Notes under the pieces: model-generated
What the model saw: the letters and a program-made list of their open reading frames with translations, nothing else
What the model was told of the DNA's origin: nothing
Databases searched by the model: none
Made by a program: the position numbers and the translations under genes
In this document: positions 13,791-29,193 of the stretch, piece by piece
How positions within the stretch are numbered: the first letter of the stretch is position 1
Layout: each line of letters starts with the position of its first letter
NCBI RefSeq assembly: GCF_009914755.1
Contig: NC_060933.1
Origin: the human T2T-CHM13v2.0 reference genome, Homo sapiens
DNA length: 64,000 nt
Strand: one strand, 5' to 3'

Positions 13791-15101
13791 ATTTTTCCTC
13801 TCTGGTTTTTTTATTTCATAAATATTATGATAAGCATAGATTAGATAGATTTTTTTGTGGAAGCTTAAAAGGATATTTTATGTCATTTAAACGTTGTTTA
13901 TGCATAAAGAAATCACACATTCTTTTCTTCACTTGTTAGATCATTTCCCTTCATGTCAGAATAATTAGTGTAATTAGAAATTTTAAAAGCCTGCAAACAT
14001 GAAATTGTATTAATGCTGCTTACTATTTTACAACTGGAATCAAAAGAGCTTAGTTTTCTAAAGACTGCAAGGACAGGGCGGGGATAAGAGTGTTGCAGGG
14101 GCTTTCACCTTTTTCCTGCCCCTCCCCCTGGTTTTTCTCAGTGAATGTTTGATGTAAATATATTTTGCAAGGTACTTGCACTTGTCAGCAGCTTTCTTAG
14201 CCATTTGATAAAGATTCTTTATCCTACAAGAAAGCCTGAAATAACAGAACTGTACTTTGGATAATGAATTCTTCATCTGTGGAGAACTTTAAAACAAAGT
14301 ACAGTGTTGGCATTTTTTTCTTTTGAGTGAGAAGGCTGATATATCTTTTGGATCCGACAGGAAGACATAAATTAATAGAGTTCTGGAGTTCAGTTTCTCA
14401 TTAATAATCCATTTTGTCATGGTTCTTGGCATTGTCAGCCTAGTAGCTGGTTCATATTTTGCTAACGGATAAAAGCAGATTATGTCTTAAGGCACAAAGC
14501 AAGAATAAAGAGTTTATCGCCTTTTGGGGGAACTACATGCTATAAGAAAAATATTGTTTTGCAAAAAGTTTCAATTTTTAGTTAGCAATACACTACATTT
14601 TCTAAGGTAAAGCTGTTATTTTAAGATCCGAAATGGTTCTTGGAACCTTAGGATATTAGAGTTTTAGATCATTGCTTAGAGTTGCCTTTGCTGATTGCAA
14701 AGGTTTGCTTTTCAGGGACAGTTATAGTAGATTTAAGCTTGTTTTTATATTTTATTTTTAGAACTCTATGTATTGGGATATAATTATAGTTCAAAGAGAA
14801 ATGCAGAAAAATCACTATTCCTCTTCTTTGCACTGGTTTGTCTAGATATTCTGTTACCTCTGCCTAGTTTTGTAGACATGGGGTTCTTGACGGCTACTGT
14901 GAAGGCTGCAGAGTCTAGCCATCTAAGAAATCCAATCAATAAAATTAAAATAAAAGCCTTATTTTTAATTTTATAAACTTTGAATTACCTTATTTAATGG
15001 AGGCTCCAGAAGCAGATTATATACAGATACTGACCCTGGTAACAGGTTCTTGTAAATGGCATCGTTTAAAGTTGCTTATATTTGTATTTTAAAGAAATTG
15101 G

Positions 15102-15397
15102 TTTTTTTTTTTTTTGAGAGGGTGTCTCACTTTGTTGCCCAGGCTGGAGTGCAGTGGTACAGTCATGGCTCACTGCAACCTCTGCCTCCCGGCTCAAGTG
15201 ATCCTCGCACCTCAGCCTCCCGAATAGTCAAGACTACAGGCGCGCGCCACTGTGCCCTGCTAATTTTTGTATTTTTTTGTACAGACTGTTGTTCACCATG
15301 TTGTCCAGGCTGGTCTTAAACTCCTGAGCTCAAGTGATCTGCCCACCTTGGCCTCCCAGAGTGCTGGGATTACAGGCGTGAGGCACAGCGCCCGACC
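15102..15397 (-). mobile_element. AluJ, full length
   Basis: Alu dimer with poly(T) on the left. TSD aagaaattg/agttttt at 15092 and 15398. Confidence 0.95.
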
Positions 15398-18282
15398 AAG
15401 AAATTAGTTTTTATAAAAATTGAAACAATACACCCTCCTGATATCTGATAATAGGGTTACTGGCCACTTGAGACCCCACATTTAAAGGGCAGAAGACTAG
15501 TTGAAGGGATATGAGCACAAATACTACCTGTTTTTTTTCTTCTTTACTTAAAAATATTTGTTTTTAGTGTATTATTTATATTGCAAGTCTTTTACAGACA
15601 CATTCTTAGAAGTAGACAACTGAAAATATATTTCATCTTTAAAACTTGGGTCTTGTACTACCATTCCCAATTATCACTATTTTTTGTTGTTCATTTTTAA
15701 AGCTCCAAAGTAACTCATGCGGGGTGTGCAGTCATAAATCTAGACTTGATTATTGAGGTAACAAGCTATGGGAAAAAAGAAGAGTTTGTGTGGGTATAAG
15801 ATGAAGTAAGGAGTATTATGATTGAATGGAGAGAATAATGGGAGATTTTATTTTTCTACTTAAAAGGGCTTGTTCTTATTATAATTTATAAATTTGATAT
15901 TTTCTGAGTCATTAAAGTTCATCATTGGATAAAATTGGCCTAAGTTAATACTGATAGTGGCATCTTACAAAAATTCATTTAGGAATGGGAGGACTAGTTT
16001 TATTTTAGTTTTCATTCTCAAAGGGACTGTAGGTTCTTAGAGGGCAGGGACTATCTGTCATCTATTTTTTTTAGCACACAGAATCTGCTCAGTAACATTT
16101 TTAAATAAATGCATGCCTTCTCCATGTATTATTAGATATATATCTGCTGAGTACATTAAATCTGATACTATATTCTTCTAATTCTTTACATATAAATTTA
16201 TTTTAATTACAGTAACTATATACATACAGTATAAGAAAACTGCCATAGCTACCTACCTGGATCCTAAGTAATTTATATGTAAATTATTTGTAAAGTAATT
16301 TATATGTATTACTGCTCCATTGCTATCATTAATGATAATATTTTAAAAATAGAAAAATCTGTGGTGAAAACTCCTGGTAACATGCTTAAAGTTGAATATT
16401 CACTTTTAAAGTTTTAACTTTAAAACTATGATAATAAGCACTCTGTTTTCTAGTGAGGAAATATTTGTGTGTTTCCAAATTGTAGGGTTGAATTAGGATG
16501 ATTTAAGACTTGTTTCTCTATAGAGTTGGGAAGGACATTTGTTTTAGTACATTATAATGAAATCTTAAAGAGTAGATTTTGACAAGAGACATTTTGCTGA
16601 CACAGAATATTTTGTTCATTTTGACTCTCAAATAAGTTCTTCTGTCATAATGATTGATTTATATTCATTTTAGACTGTACAGTTTCCTAGCTGAGTTTTC
16701 TATCTATAAGGTACAGAAATCACTGTTTAAGTTAATGATAAATTAAATAATTATCTTTAAAGGTGACAGATGGGTCACGTCCAAAGATTAACCTAAGAGT
16801 AGTTAAGTAAAAAAATACTATGATTATGAGTTATTGAAATGAATGCTAATTTTAAATTTAGCATGATTGGGAACAATACAGTAAGGTATCATTTATTTAA
16901 TTGCTATAGTTTTTTGTTCTTTTAGACTTACTTGACTTCTCTGTGTTACAGTCATTGTTGAACTGTTTACTTCCTATTTTGAATCAACCACTGATGTGTT
17001 GCTGTCGCTCATCAGGTGGAAAGACCTGGAAAATTATATTTTATATTCACTTGCTTTTTAACTGTAACCCTTAACAGCATTTTGAAACAGTTAAAAAACA
17101 AAACCCCAATTATTTATAATGGAAAGCCATTGGAAGTAATTTTGTCATGGATTCTCTTAGTTGCAGGTGACCGGTGAATTTGGCGAATGCTAAGTGGTGA
17201 GTTAGGCTGATATGTATGTCTAAATCTCATCATTAAACCAATGGCATTAAACCAACTGCCAAGTATTTTGCTTCATGAAAACCATTAAGACATGGAAAGC
17301 TCATAACTATTTGGCTGGTGAATAGTTTATTCTGATTTTGTCCTTATTCTTAAAAAGTCATGTAATTCAAAAATCTGCCCTTTCTTCCATGTAATAGTTA
17401 ATATCTGTTCATACCACCATTCACAGGTATCTATGCTTGTGGTACTCCAGAAAGCTGTAGTGCAGGAAATCTGTTTTTAGTGTAGTTTCCTATGTGAAAG
17501 TGATAAAAGCAGTGGACCCACTGCTCACTTTCTAGAAAAGTGCACATACTCATACAAGTTTAAATACAGTTTCAGGGAGTTTATAGACACCTTGAATATC
17601 ATTCATGGATCCCTCATGGATACCATGGACCTTGGGTTAACAATAGCTTTGTAGAGGTAGACTTTTTAAAAAACTACATTTTATCCAAATTTGTAACTGC
17701 AATCCACTTTCTTCTGAGAAGCCTAGTGGATCTGCTTTCTACCCAGTGGTTCTACAAACACTCAGACCACCAGTCGTTTCTGAGTGTAGTGAATCTTTGA
17801 GTGTATTGAGGGGAAAGAATCAGAAAAATGGAATAGAACAATTACATGAAAGGCAGGAGCAGGCTAGCAATGAGACTCAGGTGCTAGTAGGACTAGAGAA
17901 AAAGGCTGGCGGCCGGTGGGGCGGGGAGAGGGGAGTTTAGAAGAGGGAAATCTGAAATTAGAGACATGGGTTGTTGAAGGAACTTATTTGGTAATTAGCA
18001 TATATTACCTTGCAAGAATGATACAAAAAAAAAATTACTGGTTTATGACCTAGATGATATAAGGTCCTTGGGGGTGGTGGGGGGCAAGTTTGTCTTTTTG
18101 GTAACTGTTTTGTTATTTCATGTTGCTTTATAGGGATTTAATTTCTGCTATGTGATAGAATTCTTTTAAGATACATGCCATCCTTGTGTATATAAAATAA
18201 GTAGATGATTTATTGGGTTAGAATCTGTATTTAATTTGTTAAACTTTCCTATGTAAAGACTTTTGAAGAGAATATCTGTGTC

Positions 18283-19356
18283 ATTTATTCTCAAACTTTT
18301 TGATCTTAGGACTCCTTTATACTCCTAAAATAAGTTTTGTTTATGCGGGTTTAATCTCTATTTATTGTATGAACAATCGAAACAAATTCTTAAAACGTTA
18401 AGTTAATTTAAAAATTAAAATCATAAATCGATTATGTTAGCATAAATAACATTATTACAATTATCAGCTTGTTATATGTTATCCTAAACAGCATTTTCTG
18501 AAACAAAACTAAGCAAAACTAAATGATAAGAAGAATAGTATTGTTTTACACTTTTGCAAATCTTTTAAATGTCAGACTTAATGGAAGACAACTGGATTCT
18601 CATATCTGCCTTTGCATTCAGTCTGTCATCATATGGTTGATGTATATGAAGAAATATCTGGCCTCATACAGATACCTAATTGGAAAAGGAAAGAGTATTA
18701 CCACCAAACTTATCAGGACAGTTTTTTTAAGTGCTGGGAAGATTTCATACTCACAGTGGAGGACACAGTGTTTCAAAATTCTAATTTTTGCTTGAAAGCA
18801 TGAATTTTATTATTAGCGCCAAAACTGTTTATTGTTTTACTTGAAGTATAGGTTTACTTGGTTTCTTTTTGAAAAAAGGTCTGCCAAAATAAGCTGAAAT
18901 AACCATAATTTGTTAATTTTTTTTTAAGCAGCTAGTTCAGCTTGCAACTCACAGTTATGCAAGTGCTTTCCTCACACTTGGCATGCAGCCTAAGTGCTTT
19001 GTGGAGAATTTGTATTTTGTCACAGAATATTAAAAAGACACAGTGAAGGTGTGATTGAGTTAATAATTTTTACTGTTTCATCAAGGACATTGTGAAGTGA
19101 AACTGGCCTTTAAAAAAAAATTTAAGTGCCTAGTGGTAAAGAATACATTGTTAGTATAGTGTGGTGCCGCTGTCTTGCTTTGTGCAATGGCGCCAGCAGT
19201 TTTATCCACCTTTGCTTTGTGCACCATCGGTATAAATGTCAACACAGTGAAAAAGACCAATATCTTATTACTGTGAAAATAATTTTAAGTTTGTGGACTC
19301 CTGAAAGGGTCTCAGGGACCACCAGGGGTCCACGGACACCATTTCAGAACTACAAG
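18283..19356 (-). mobile_element. Charlie1a-like hAT DNA transposon fossil
   Basis: Ends ttctcaaactttttgatcttaggactcc... and ...gggtctcagggacc..ggggtccacggacaccatttcagaac, plus typical internal segments. Confidence 0.8.
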
Positions 19357-22300
19357 TCTGTGTAAAGTGAAATGCTTATGTAATATAATTTGCTCTGAGA
19401 GCATTATTTTATTTTCATCTGTAATATCTATACAGAAAGATTACCTTACCTGGAAAGAAACAGGTTTTTAGTATGCTGATCCTAAAGGCAACAGAATATA
19501 TCGTGAAGCCATTAGCGTGATCCTCTTAGCGTATTTGTTAAGTGCCTACACAAGTATGGTATTCTGCTGAATATTCTTCAGTGTGGAAACAGCTTTTGCC
19601 CTTAGAAGGCAGACCCTGTAGTCAGTCTTGACTGCACACATAAAGGGAAAAAAAGGATAGATCAACAGATCACATTTTGTTGGATCATAGTTTTCCATAC
19701 AGAACTAGTGTAAGCTTCCTGGGGTTCCTGGGTAAGTCCTAGAGTGATTATTTACAAAATAAGGAAGTAGGACGAGGAGATTTCTAAGGCTTTATTCAGT
19801 TTAATATTCTGATTCTTTGACTTTTTTTTAAACTGAGTGAATTGTTTATTAATTAGCTCTTAACCACTTATTAATTTATTTAAGCTCAACTGGTTATGTA
19901 TAATTTGTATTTGTTGCTATCACATTGGTTAAGCATTAATGTTATTTTGCAGTATTGAAAAACGGAATGTATAGAAGAGGAAATGGAAGGGAATTGTAAA
20001 TGAAGAAGGCTTCTACAAGCAAGTGAATTTTAAGTGGCAAGGAAGAAGAAATTTGGATGGTGGGGGGGATGTACATTGCAGTGTATTTAACATATTTCTG
20101 AATTCAGAGTCTTTATAGCCTATGCTATAATAGCAGAGAAGGAAAATTTGAGTTCAGAAATAACAGTAAAGCCTGTAAGTTAAAGAATCTACCAGTAATA
20201 TTCTCTGATAGTGACATGTGTAATATGAACTGTTGAAAAAAATCTCCAGAGTAAAAAGTGGTTCAGCACATAAATACATAATGTTGATTCTGAGGTTCCT
20301 TTAGCTCCATTAATTTTGACCAGAAAGCTATAATAGTTTTTGAAGGGGAATATAGTACTTAGGCATTAAAATATATTTATTTTTGCTCCTCAATGAAAAA
20401 AATCTTGTATTACCTTGAGATCTTTTGATCTTCCTTCTCATACTTTAGAAGGAAGGAATACTATTCAGTAAGGAAAAAATGACCCCCAAACTCAGGTTCT
20501 TACTCAGCCCAGCACAGTGTCAAAGTCCGTTAAAAATTTAAAAAGCTAGTGGAAGGGACTGGATGAATCCTGGGAAGGTGCTATTTAGATTCTTAAAAAG
20601 GAGAGAGGGCTCCTGGGATGCAGTTTGTGTTCAGGCAAATCAGACTTGGAAGCTGGGAAGCTGCTATTGTGGCAATATTTAAGAAAAAAAGACTTCAGAG
20701 ATTATGTATTTTGGAAATATTTGACAACATTAGCAACATCAACTACTGACAAAAAAAGAACCACCTCTTTGGCAAATCTTTCACAGTTGTGCCAAGAAAA
20801 GCAGCTTCATTGGAACATTTTCATAAACTATCATCAGTTATGCAGCAGCAGCTTCACAAATCAGAAATGATATCTTCAGGCGCTGCTGTCAAGTGTTATT
20901 CAAATAATACCAGCCTCACATTTGAATAACAGCAGACATTTTGAATTAATTAATCAGATGAGATAGTCTAGGCCTTTTCTCATTAGTCTCTGGGTCAGGC
21001 TTGGGAAGATATATGTGTTGGTGATGATATACTTGTCTTTAATCATGATTTATGAAGATTTAGGATTGTGTGTGATTTGTCAAAGGTTCTGGGAAAAGGC
21101 TGGTGCATATTTCATTACTTAATCTGAGATTGATTTTATGATGCTAAGAGATATCACACTATTGTTCAAATGTGTGGGAAGTACAGGTAGACACAACATC
21201 CCAGGCTTTTTACTGGCTTATCTTTGCAACTGTCAAACAATGCTGTAAACTTTAACTGCTTGTAGTTAACAATTCCTGTTTTAATTATAGGCAGATTTTT
21301 TATTCTGTCCAAAGGGAGAAGTTTCAATGGTTATTTAGCTAAAATGCATAGCAGACATTATAACTATGACCTGGTATGAATCATGGACAAAGTTGGTAAA
21401 TTTCATGGGTTGGTCATGGTGAAAATATAAAATTTCATGGCTTGTCAAAGATTAATATAAAATTCCCATTAAAATGGTGCAAATAATAGAGGAACAAGAA
21501 GTAAGGTTACTCTCCTTGCATGATACCTTCCCTCTCAGGACTAATTTTAGCAAAATTGAGATGTAAAATCATATCTTTTTTCAGTTATTTAAGCAACATT
21601 AATGATCTATTAAATGAAATAATTTGTCTGAAAATATCTAGTATAATGCCTGGTTGATAGTAGGTACTGAATATTTGCTATTGATAATTTTATTTTCTCA
21701 TTTCCTACCTACTTTTCTTCCTTTCCTTTAATGTTTAAGGCTGTGTTAGCATTGTTTAGCCTTTACATTCTTCAGAATTTGAATTTTTAATCCTGTTGGG
21801 TCTTAATTTCTTGGGATGTGTTTTATTTTGAGGAGAGTAGTGCAAGGGTGAGAGGTTATCATTTTAGCGTGCTGGGTAACCAGGGGGACCCCAGTGTGAC
21901 CTGAGTTCTTGTTGTGTCTGCTGGTATAATTTATGTTATGGCAGGCAGTGGGGTGGGAGGTAGGTAGGTGGTAGATATATGAAAAGTAGAATATTAACCT
22001 CTTAGTACATTTGAAGCATGTACTGCCTAATTCAAAGTGAATCTTTCTGTATCATGTGCCTCCTGAGGGCAGTTACGTGTCTGGGATAAGTAGAGCGTTT
22101 TTCATTCTACTCTCAAGCACACTAAAATGCTTATTATGTGAAGTATTAAGGAATAATAAGGTGATTTTCAACCTTGTTATACAAAACAAAAATTTGCTTT
22201 TCTTTCCAATCTTGGATGATTGACAGGTATTGCTTTATTGAGGTGATCGGGCTATTAATAATTACTAGTTCTTTTTCACTTTTATGTTTTGGGAACTGGG

Positions 22301-22439
22301 TTAGTACTCCTAAAGTAGCTTGGCACATCTTAACATAATTACAGGCAGACAATTCTAATTGATGTTCACTTTGGGGAAGATAGTTTATAAATAACAAGAT
22401 GTGTTGATATTTGGAGAGATACAGTAAGAGTAGTCTGGG

Positions 22440-22692
22440 AGGCAGCTTGATGCAGAATAATACTGATTTTGGAAATTAATAGATGAGTCCTACTTCTGAA
22501 CTGCTGCTTAATTGATTTGTAACTTTGACAAGTCACCTAATTTTTCCTGAGCTTTAGTTTTCTTTTCCTAAAGTAAGGCCACTAATTCGTAGCTTTCAGG
22601 ATTGTGAGAATTAGAGGTGAATGTATGTACAGGACCTAATGTGATACGTGGTATGTAATAGATGCTTAATAAATTGCAGCTATTGCTGTTAT
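22440..22692 (+). mobile_element. MIR SINE
   Basis: tgtaactttgacaagtcacctaat core and ...atgcttaataaat 3' end. Confidence 0.75.
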
Positions 22693-22725
22693 CTTATCTA
22701 TTCATTTATCTCTTCGAGAAACATA

Positions 22726-22850
22726 CTGGGGCATGTGTTTGCAGGCCCAAGCCTATAATCTCAGCACTTTGAGAGCCAAGATGAGAGGATTGCTTCAGCC
22801 CAGGAGTTTGAGACCAGTCTGGGCAACATGGGGTGACACCATCTCTACCT
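22726..22850 (+). mobile_element. FLAM/AluJ left monomer
   Basis: gcctataatctcagcactttg...aggagtttgagaccagtctgggcaacat. Confidence 0.8.
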
Positions 22851-23244
22851 ATTCTCCCCAGAAAAAAGAGTGATATATGTGGATAAATACAAGCTGAGTC
22901 ATTTATAAATACAAGCTGGACCATTAAGTAAGTAGAGGCAGGTGATGAGACAGGCAGGGATGACATCATTGAGGCTTCAGTTCTGTGCGAGGGTAGTATG
23001 GTCTTTGTTCTATACTTTGGCTAGCTACTGGTGGGTTCAAACAAGGGATTGATCTGATCAGATTTTTTATATAGTTCACTTTGGAAACTTAGAAGGAATA
23101 TATTACTTATGAGACTTTCGTAGATCAGTGACGATATGTATTTGTAATGGGGTAATAGTGGGGTTAAAAAAGAGGAAACAATGGTTTTAAACTGAAAAAT
23201 GAGAAGGAAGGATTAGGCGATTGGTTGGAGAATTTTTGTGTCCC

Positions 23245-23556
23245 TTCGTTCACTTGGCTGACTCCTATGTATCTTTCAGATCCTAGCCTGGATGTCCTTT
23301 CAGAAAGCCTTTTGACCACCTCTGAGTCTGCTGATAACCTACCTAAGTCTGAAAACCTATCTTATGTGCTCCAGTAGTATCCTGTGTTCCCCCTTGTTAC
23401 TGTGCTCATGACACTGTATTTAATTACATATTTAATTTTCTGTTGCCTCCAGGAAATTGTGAACTCAGGGCAGAGATACTGTGTTTTGTTTACTGTTTTG
23501 TCCTCTGGCACATAGTAGGAAGCAATCAATATCTGTTTTTTAAAATGAATTGAATG
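23245..23556 (+). mobile_element. L2 3' end
   Basis: agggcagagatactgtg...ctggcacatagtagg...aatgaattgaatg terminus. Confidence 0.7.
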
Positions 23557-23937
23557 TAGTATGTGAGGAAGAAGGAGAAAACAAGGGCGTCTGTTTCTAG
23601 CATAGGTGACCCCAGGTGAGTGGTCGTTTTCCACCTGAGAGAGAGAGTAGAGTAGAACTGCGGGGTCGTAGCATATGTTCGTTATCAACTTTGCTAGATA
23701 ATGTTGAATTATTTTCCAAAATGTGTGTGCCAGTTTATATTCAATACAGCAGTGTATATTTGTTCTATTTGCTTGAGGACATTAGTTTTTTTCATATTTA
23801 GGTAAAATTTGCATAACCTAAAATTAACTATTTTAAAGTATATAATCAGTGACATTTAGTACATTCACATTGTTGTACAACCACCACTTCTTTCTAGTTC
23901 CAAAACATTTTCATCCCCTCTAAAGAAACCCCATACC

Positions 23938-24327
23938 TATTAGTCTGTTCTGGCACTGCTATAAATAAATAACTGAGACTGGGTAATTTATAAAGAAGAG
24001 ATGTTTAATTGGCACACAGTTCCACAGGCTGTACAGGAAGCATGGCTGGGGAGGCCTCAGGAAACTTAGAATCATGGCAGAAGGTGAAGGGGAAGCCAGC
24101 GTGTCTTACGTGGCCGGAGCAGGAGGAAGAGTGTGGGGAGCTGCTACACACTTTTAACAACCAGATCTTGTGAAAACTCTATCATGAGAACAGCACTAGG
24201 GGGATGGTGCTAACCCATTAGAAATCCCATCCATCACCCAGTCACCTCCTGCCAGGCCCCACCTCCAACTTTGGGGATTACAGTTTGACATAAGATTTGG
24301 TTGAGGACACAGATCCAAACCATGTCA
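23938..24327 (-). mobile_element. MSTA/MSTB MaLR solo LTR
   Basis: tattagtctgttct...gacacagatccaaaccatgtca; interrupts the L1 3' UTR. Confidence 0.9.
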
Positions 24328-24820
24328 CCTATTAAGCAGTCATTCTCTATTTCTCCTTTCTCCCAGCCCCTGGCAACCACCAATCTGCTTTCTATCTCTA
24401 CGGATTTACCTAGTCTGGATATTTTATATAAATGGGATCATACAGTATTTGGTTCTTTGTGACTGGCATCTTTCACTTAATGTTTTTAAGGTTCTTCCAT
24501 GTTGTGGCATATATCAGTACTTCATTTTTTTTAATGGCTGAGTAATATTTCATTGTATGGATATACTACAATTTGTTTATCCATTCATCAGCTAATGGGC
24601 AGTTGGGTTTTTTTTTTACTTTTTGGCTATTGTGAATAGTGCTGTTCAGAATGTTTGTGTACAGGTATTTATTTGATTACCTGTTTTCAATTCTTTTGGT
24701 GTACAGCTAGGAGTAGAACTGCTAGATCATGTGTTTAACTTTTTAAGCAAATGCCAAACAATTTTCCATAGTAGGTCTATCATTTTACATCCCCACAGCC
24801 ATGTACAGGGTTCCAGTTTC

Positions 24821-25181
<361 letters not shown>

Positions 25182-26484
25182 TGATATCTCACTGTGGTTT
25201 TACTTTTTTTTTCTCTAAAGAATGAATAACGATAATCTTTTTGTGTGCTCGTTGGTCATTTGTCCTTGGAAAAATATCTGTTCAAATCTTTTGCCCATTT
25301 TTAAAAACTTTTATGGTTTTAGGTCTTATATTTAGGTGGTTAATCCATTTGAGTTAATTTTTGAATATGGTGTGAGGTAGTGGTCCAAATTCATTCTTTT
25401 GGATGTAGATATTCAGTTGTCCTAGTACCATTTGTTGAAGATACTATTCTTTCCCTCATTGAATGTTTTTGCACCTTTGTCAAAAATAAATCGATTATAG
25501 ATATATGTGTTTATTTCTGGATTCGTAGTTCTATTTCATTGATCCATATGTCTATCCTTATTCCATTAGTACACTGTTTTGATTACTGTAGCTTTGCAGT
25601 CAGTTTTGAAATCAGAAAGTGATGATGTATTAACTTTGTTCTTTTTCAAGATTGTTTTGGATAGTTGAGGCCCCTTGCAATTCCATATGATTTTGAGGAC
25701 TGGCTTTTCTATTTCTGCAAAAAATTGTGATAGGAGTTGCATTGAATTTGTACATTGTTTTGGGTGGTATTGCCATCTTAACAATATTAAGTCTTCCAAT
25801 CCATGAACATTGGATGTCTTTACATGTATTTAAGTCTTTAATTTCTTTCAGCAATGTCTAATAGTTTTCATTGTACCAATCTTTCACCTCCCTGGTTAAA
25901 TTTATTTGTTTATTGACTCTAGCAGGTTTTTTGGTGTGGATTCTTTGAAATTTTCTATACATAGGGTTGTGACAACTACAGATAAAGACAGTTTTACTTA
26001 TTCCTTTCCAATTTGGATGCCTTTTATTTCTTCTTCTTTCCTCAATGATCTGACTAGAACTTCCAATACAATGTTGAGTGGCTGTGGTAGAAACAGGCAT
26101 TCTTGTCTTATTCTTAATATTAGTGGGAAAGCTTTAAGTCTTTCACCATTGAGTATATTGTTACCTGTGGGTTTTCCATAAAAGCTATTTACCATGTTGA
26201 GGAAGTTCACTTTTATTTCTAGTTTTCTGAGTGTTTTTATCATGAAAAGGTGTTGGATTTTGTCAAATAGTTTTTTTTTTCATCCTTGATTGGTTTTGTG
26301 TGTTGAACCACTCTTGCATTTTTGGACTAAATTCCATTTGGTCATAATGTGAAATCCTTTAAAAATGTTGTTGGATTTGGTTAGATAGGAGTTTGTTGAG
26401 GATTTTTGTGTCTATACTTGTAAAATATATTGGTCTATAGTTTTCTTGTGGTAATTTTATCTGGCTTCAGTCTCACAATAGTAC

Positions 26485-26788
26485 TTCTTTTCTTTTTTTA
26501 AATGGGATTTTGCTCTGTTGCCTAGGCTGGAAGGCAGTGATGCAGTCTTGGCTCACTGCAAACTCTGCCCCCCGGGCTCAAGTGGTTCTCCCACCTCAGC
26601 TTCCCCTCCTGAGTATCTGGGACTTTAGGCACATGCCACCATGCCTGGCTAATTTTTTTTGTATTTTTTGTAGAGACGGGGTTTTGCCATGTTCCCCAGG
26701 CTGGTCTTGAACTCCTGCACTCAAGCAGTCTACCTGTCTCAGCTTCTCAAAGTTCTGGGATTACAGGTGTGAGCCACTGTGCCTGGTC
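26485..26788 (-). mobile_element. AluJ
   Basis: Diverged full dimer. Confidence 0.9.
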
Positions 26789-26840
26789 TGCATGATATTA
26801 ATATTACTTTCATCATGGAATCAGATAGAAGTATTGTGGC

Positions 26841-26935
26841 TTATTTTTGTTTGTTTTTGAGATTAGTTCCAGTGATCTGCCTGCTTCTGCCTCCCAAAGT
26901 GCTGGAATTACAGGCATGAGCCACTGCGCCTGGCT
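26841..26935 (-). mobile_element. Alu remnant with most of the interior deleted
   Basis: T-rich tail plus gagat, joined to the first ~65 nt of Alu. Confidence 0.7.
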
Positions 26936-26944
26936 GACACATGA

Positions 26945-27628
<684 letters not shown>

Positions 27629-27888
27629 TAGTAGAATTCATCAGAAAAGCCATTTGGTCCTGGGCTTTTTTGGAAGATTTTTTGATTACTTTACTCTCTT
27701 TCTTTGTTATAGATCTGTTCAGATTTCTGTTTCTTCTGGAATCTCTTAAGGTAATTTGTGTGTTTCAAGGAATTTGCTCATTTCTTCCAAGTTATCTAAT
27801 TTGTTGGTATATAATTATTTGTATAATTCTCTCATAATCCATTTTATTTCTGTAAGGTTGGTGGGAACGTCTCCACTTTCATTTCTGA

Positions 27889-28207
<319 letters not shown>

Positions 28208-28210
28208 CTC

Positions 28211-28502
28211 TTTTTTTTTTTTGAGACGGAGTCTCACTCTGTCGTTCAGGCTGGAGTGCAGTGGCATGATCTTGGCTCACTGCAACCTCCGTCTCCTGGG
28301 TTCAAGCAATTCTCTGCCTCAGCCTCCCGAATAGCTGGGATTACAGGCGCCTGCCACCATACCTGATTAATTTTTTGTATTTTTGGTAGAGACAGAGTTT
28401 CACCATCTTGACCAGACTGGTCTTGAACTCCTGACCTCGTGATCCACCCACCTCAGCCTCCCAAAATGCTGGGATTACAGGCGTGAGCCACTGCGCCCGG
28501 CC
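28211..28502 (-). mobile_element. AluS (Sg/Sc-like), tandem with the previous Alu
   Basis: Full dimer with the ctgacctcgtgatcc variant. Confidence 0.95.
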
Positions 28503-28551
28503 TTTTTTTTCCTTCGTGTAGCTAAAGTTTATCAATTTTGTTGATCTTTTC

Positions 28552-29193
28552 TTTTTTTTTTTTTTTTCATATTTTCTATTTCTTTAATAAATTGTCCTAA
28601 AGTTTTAACACCTGTGCTAGAAAGGCATGCTCCTTGTGTAGACACAGCCCGTGTCTCCCCCTGCTCTTTGCCCGGTACTGGGCATGCTAGGCTTTGCTGT
28701 TTGGAGTACTAGCCTCACCCTGTTTGTATGGCCATAAATTAATTATTACTTTTCTTTGAATTGTCAAGGCTTTATTGGATCTACCTACAGATTTACCAAC
28801 TTTGCTCACCATTGCTTCTTTAAAAAATGGTTCTTTTTGTAGCAAAAGATATACATCACAAAAATGCCATTTTAACCATTTTAAGTGTATAATTCACATT
28901 AATTACATTCACGATGTTGTGCAACCATCACTGATATCTACTTCCAAAACTGGAACTCTTGTGCACTGCAAACTTTTTCACCATCCCAAACAGATAATCT
29001 GAACCCATTAAGCAATAACCTCCCATCCCCCACCCCTAGCCCTTGGTAACCTCTAATCTGCTTTGTCTCTATAAATTTGCCTAGTTTAGATCTGGAATCC
29101 TACAATATTTGTCCTTTTGTGTCTGGCTTATTCTACTCAGCATAATGTTTTCAAGGTTCATCTCTGTCGTCATGTGTGTCAGAACTTTGTTCC
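28552..29193 (-). mobile_element. SVA 3'-transduced flank with second poly(A)
   Basis: T16 at 28552-28567 and ATTAAA (- strand) at 28583-28588. It lies inside TSD TGATCTTTTC (28542-28551 / 31736-31745) and contains an out-of-order L1MB 3' fragment at ~28833-29193. Confidence 0.85.

Noticed and set aside
23610-23622. CAG|GTGAGT consensus donor
   Set aside because: Lies in L2-like sequence with no suitable upstream acceptor.
25566-26243. ORFs resembling reverse transcriptase
   Set aside because: Frameshifted remnants of old L1 ORF2, not a functional gene.
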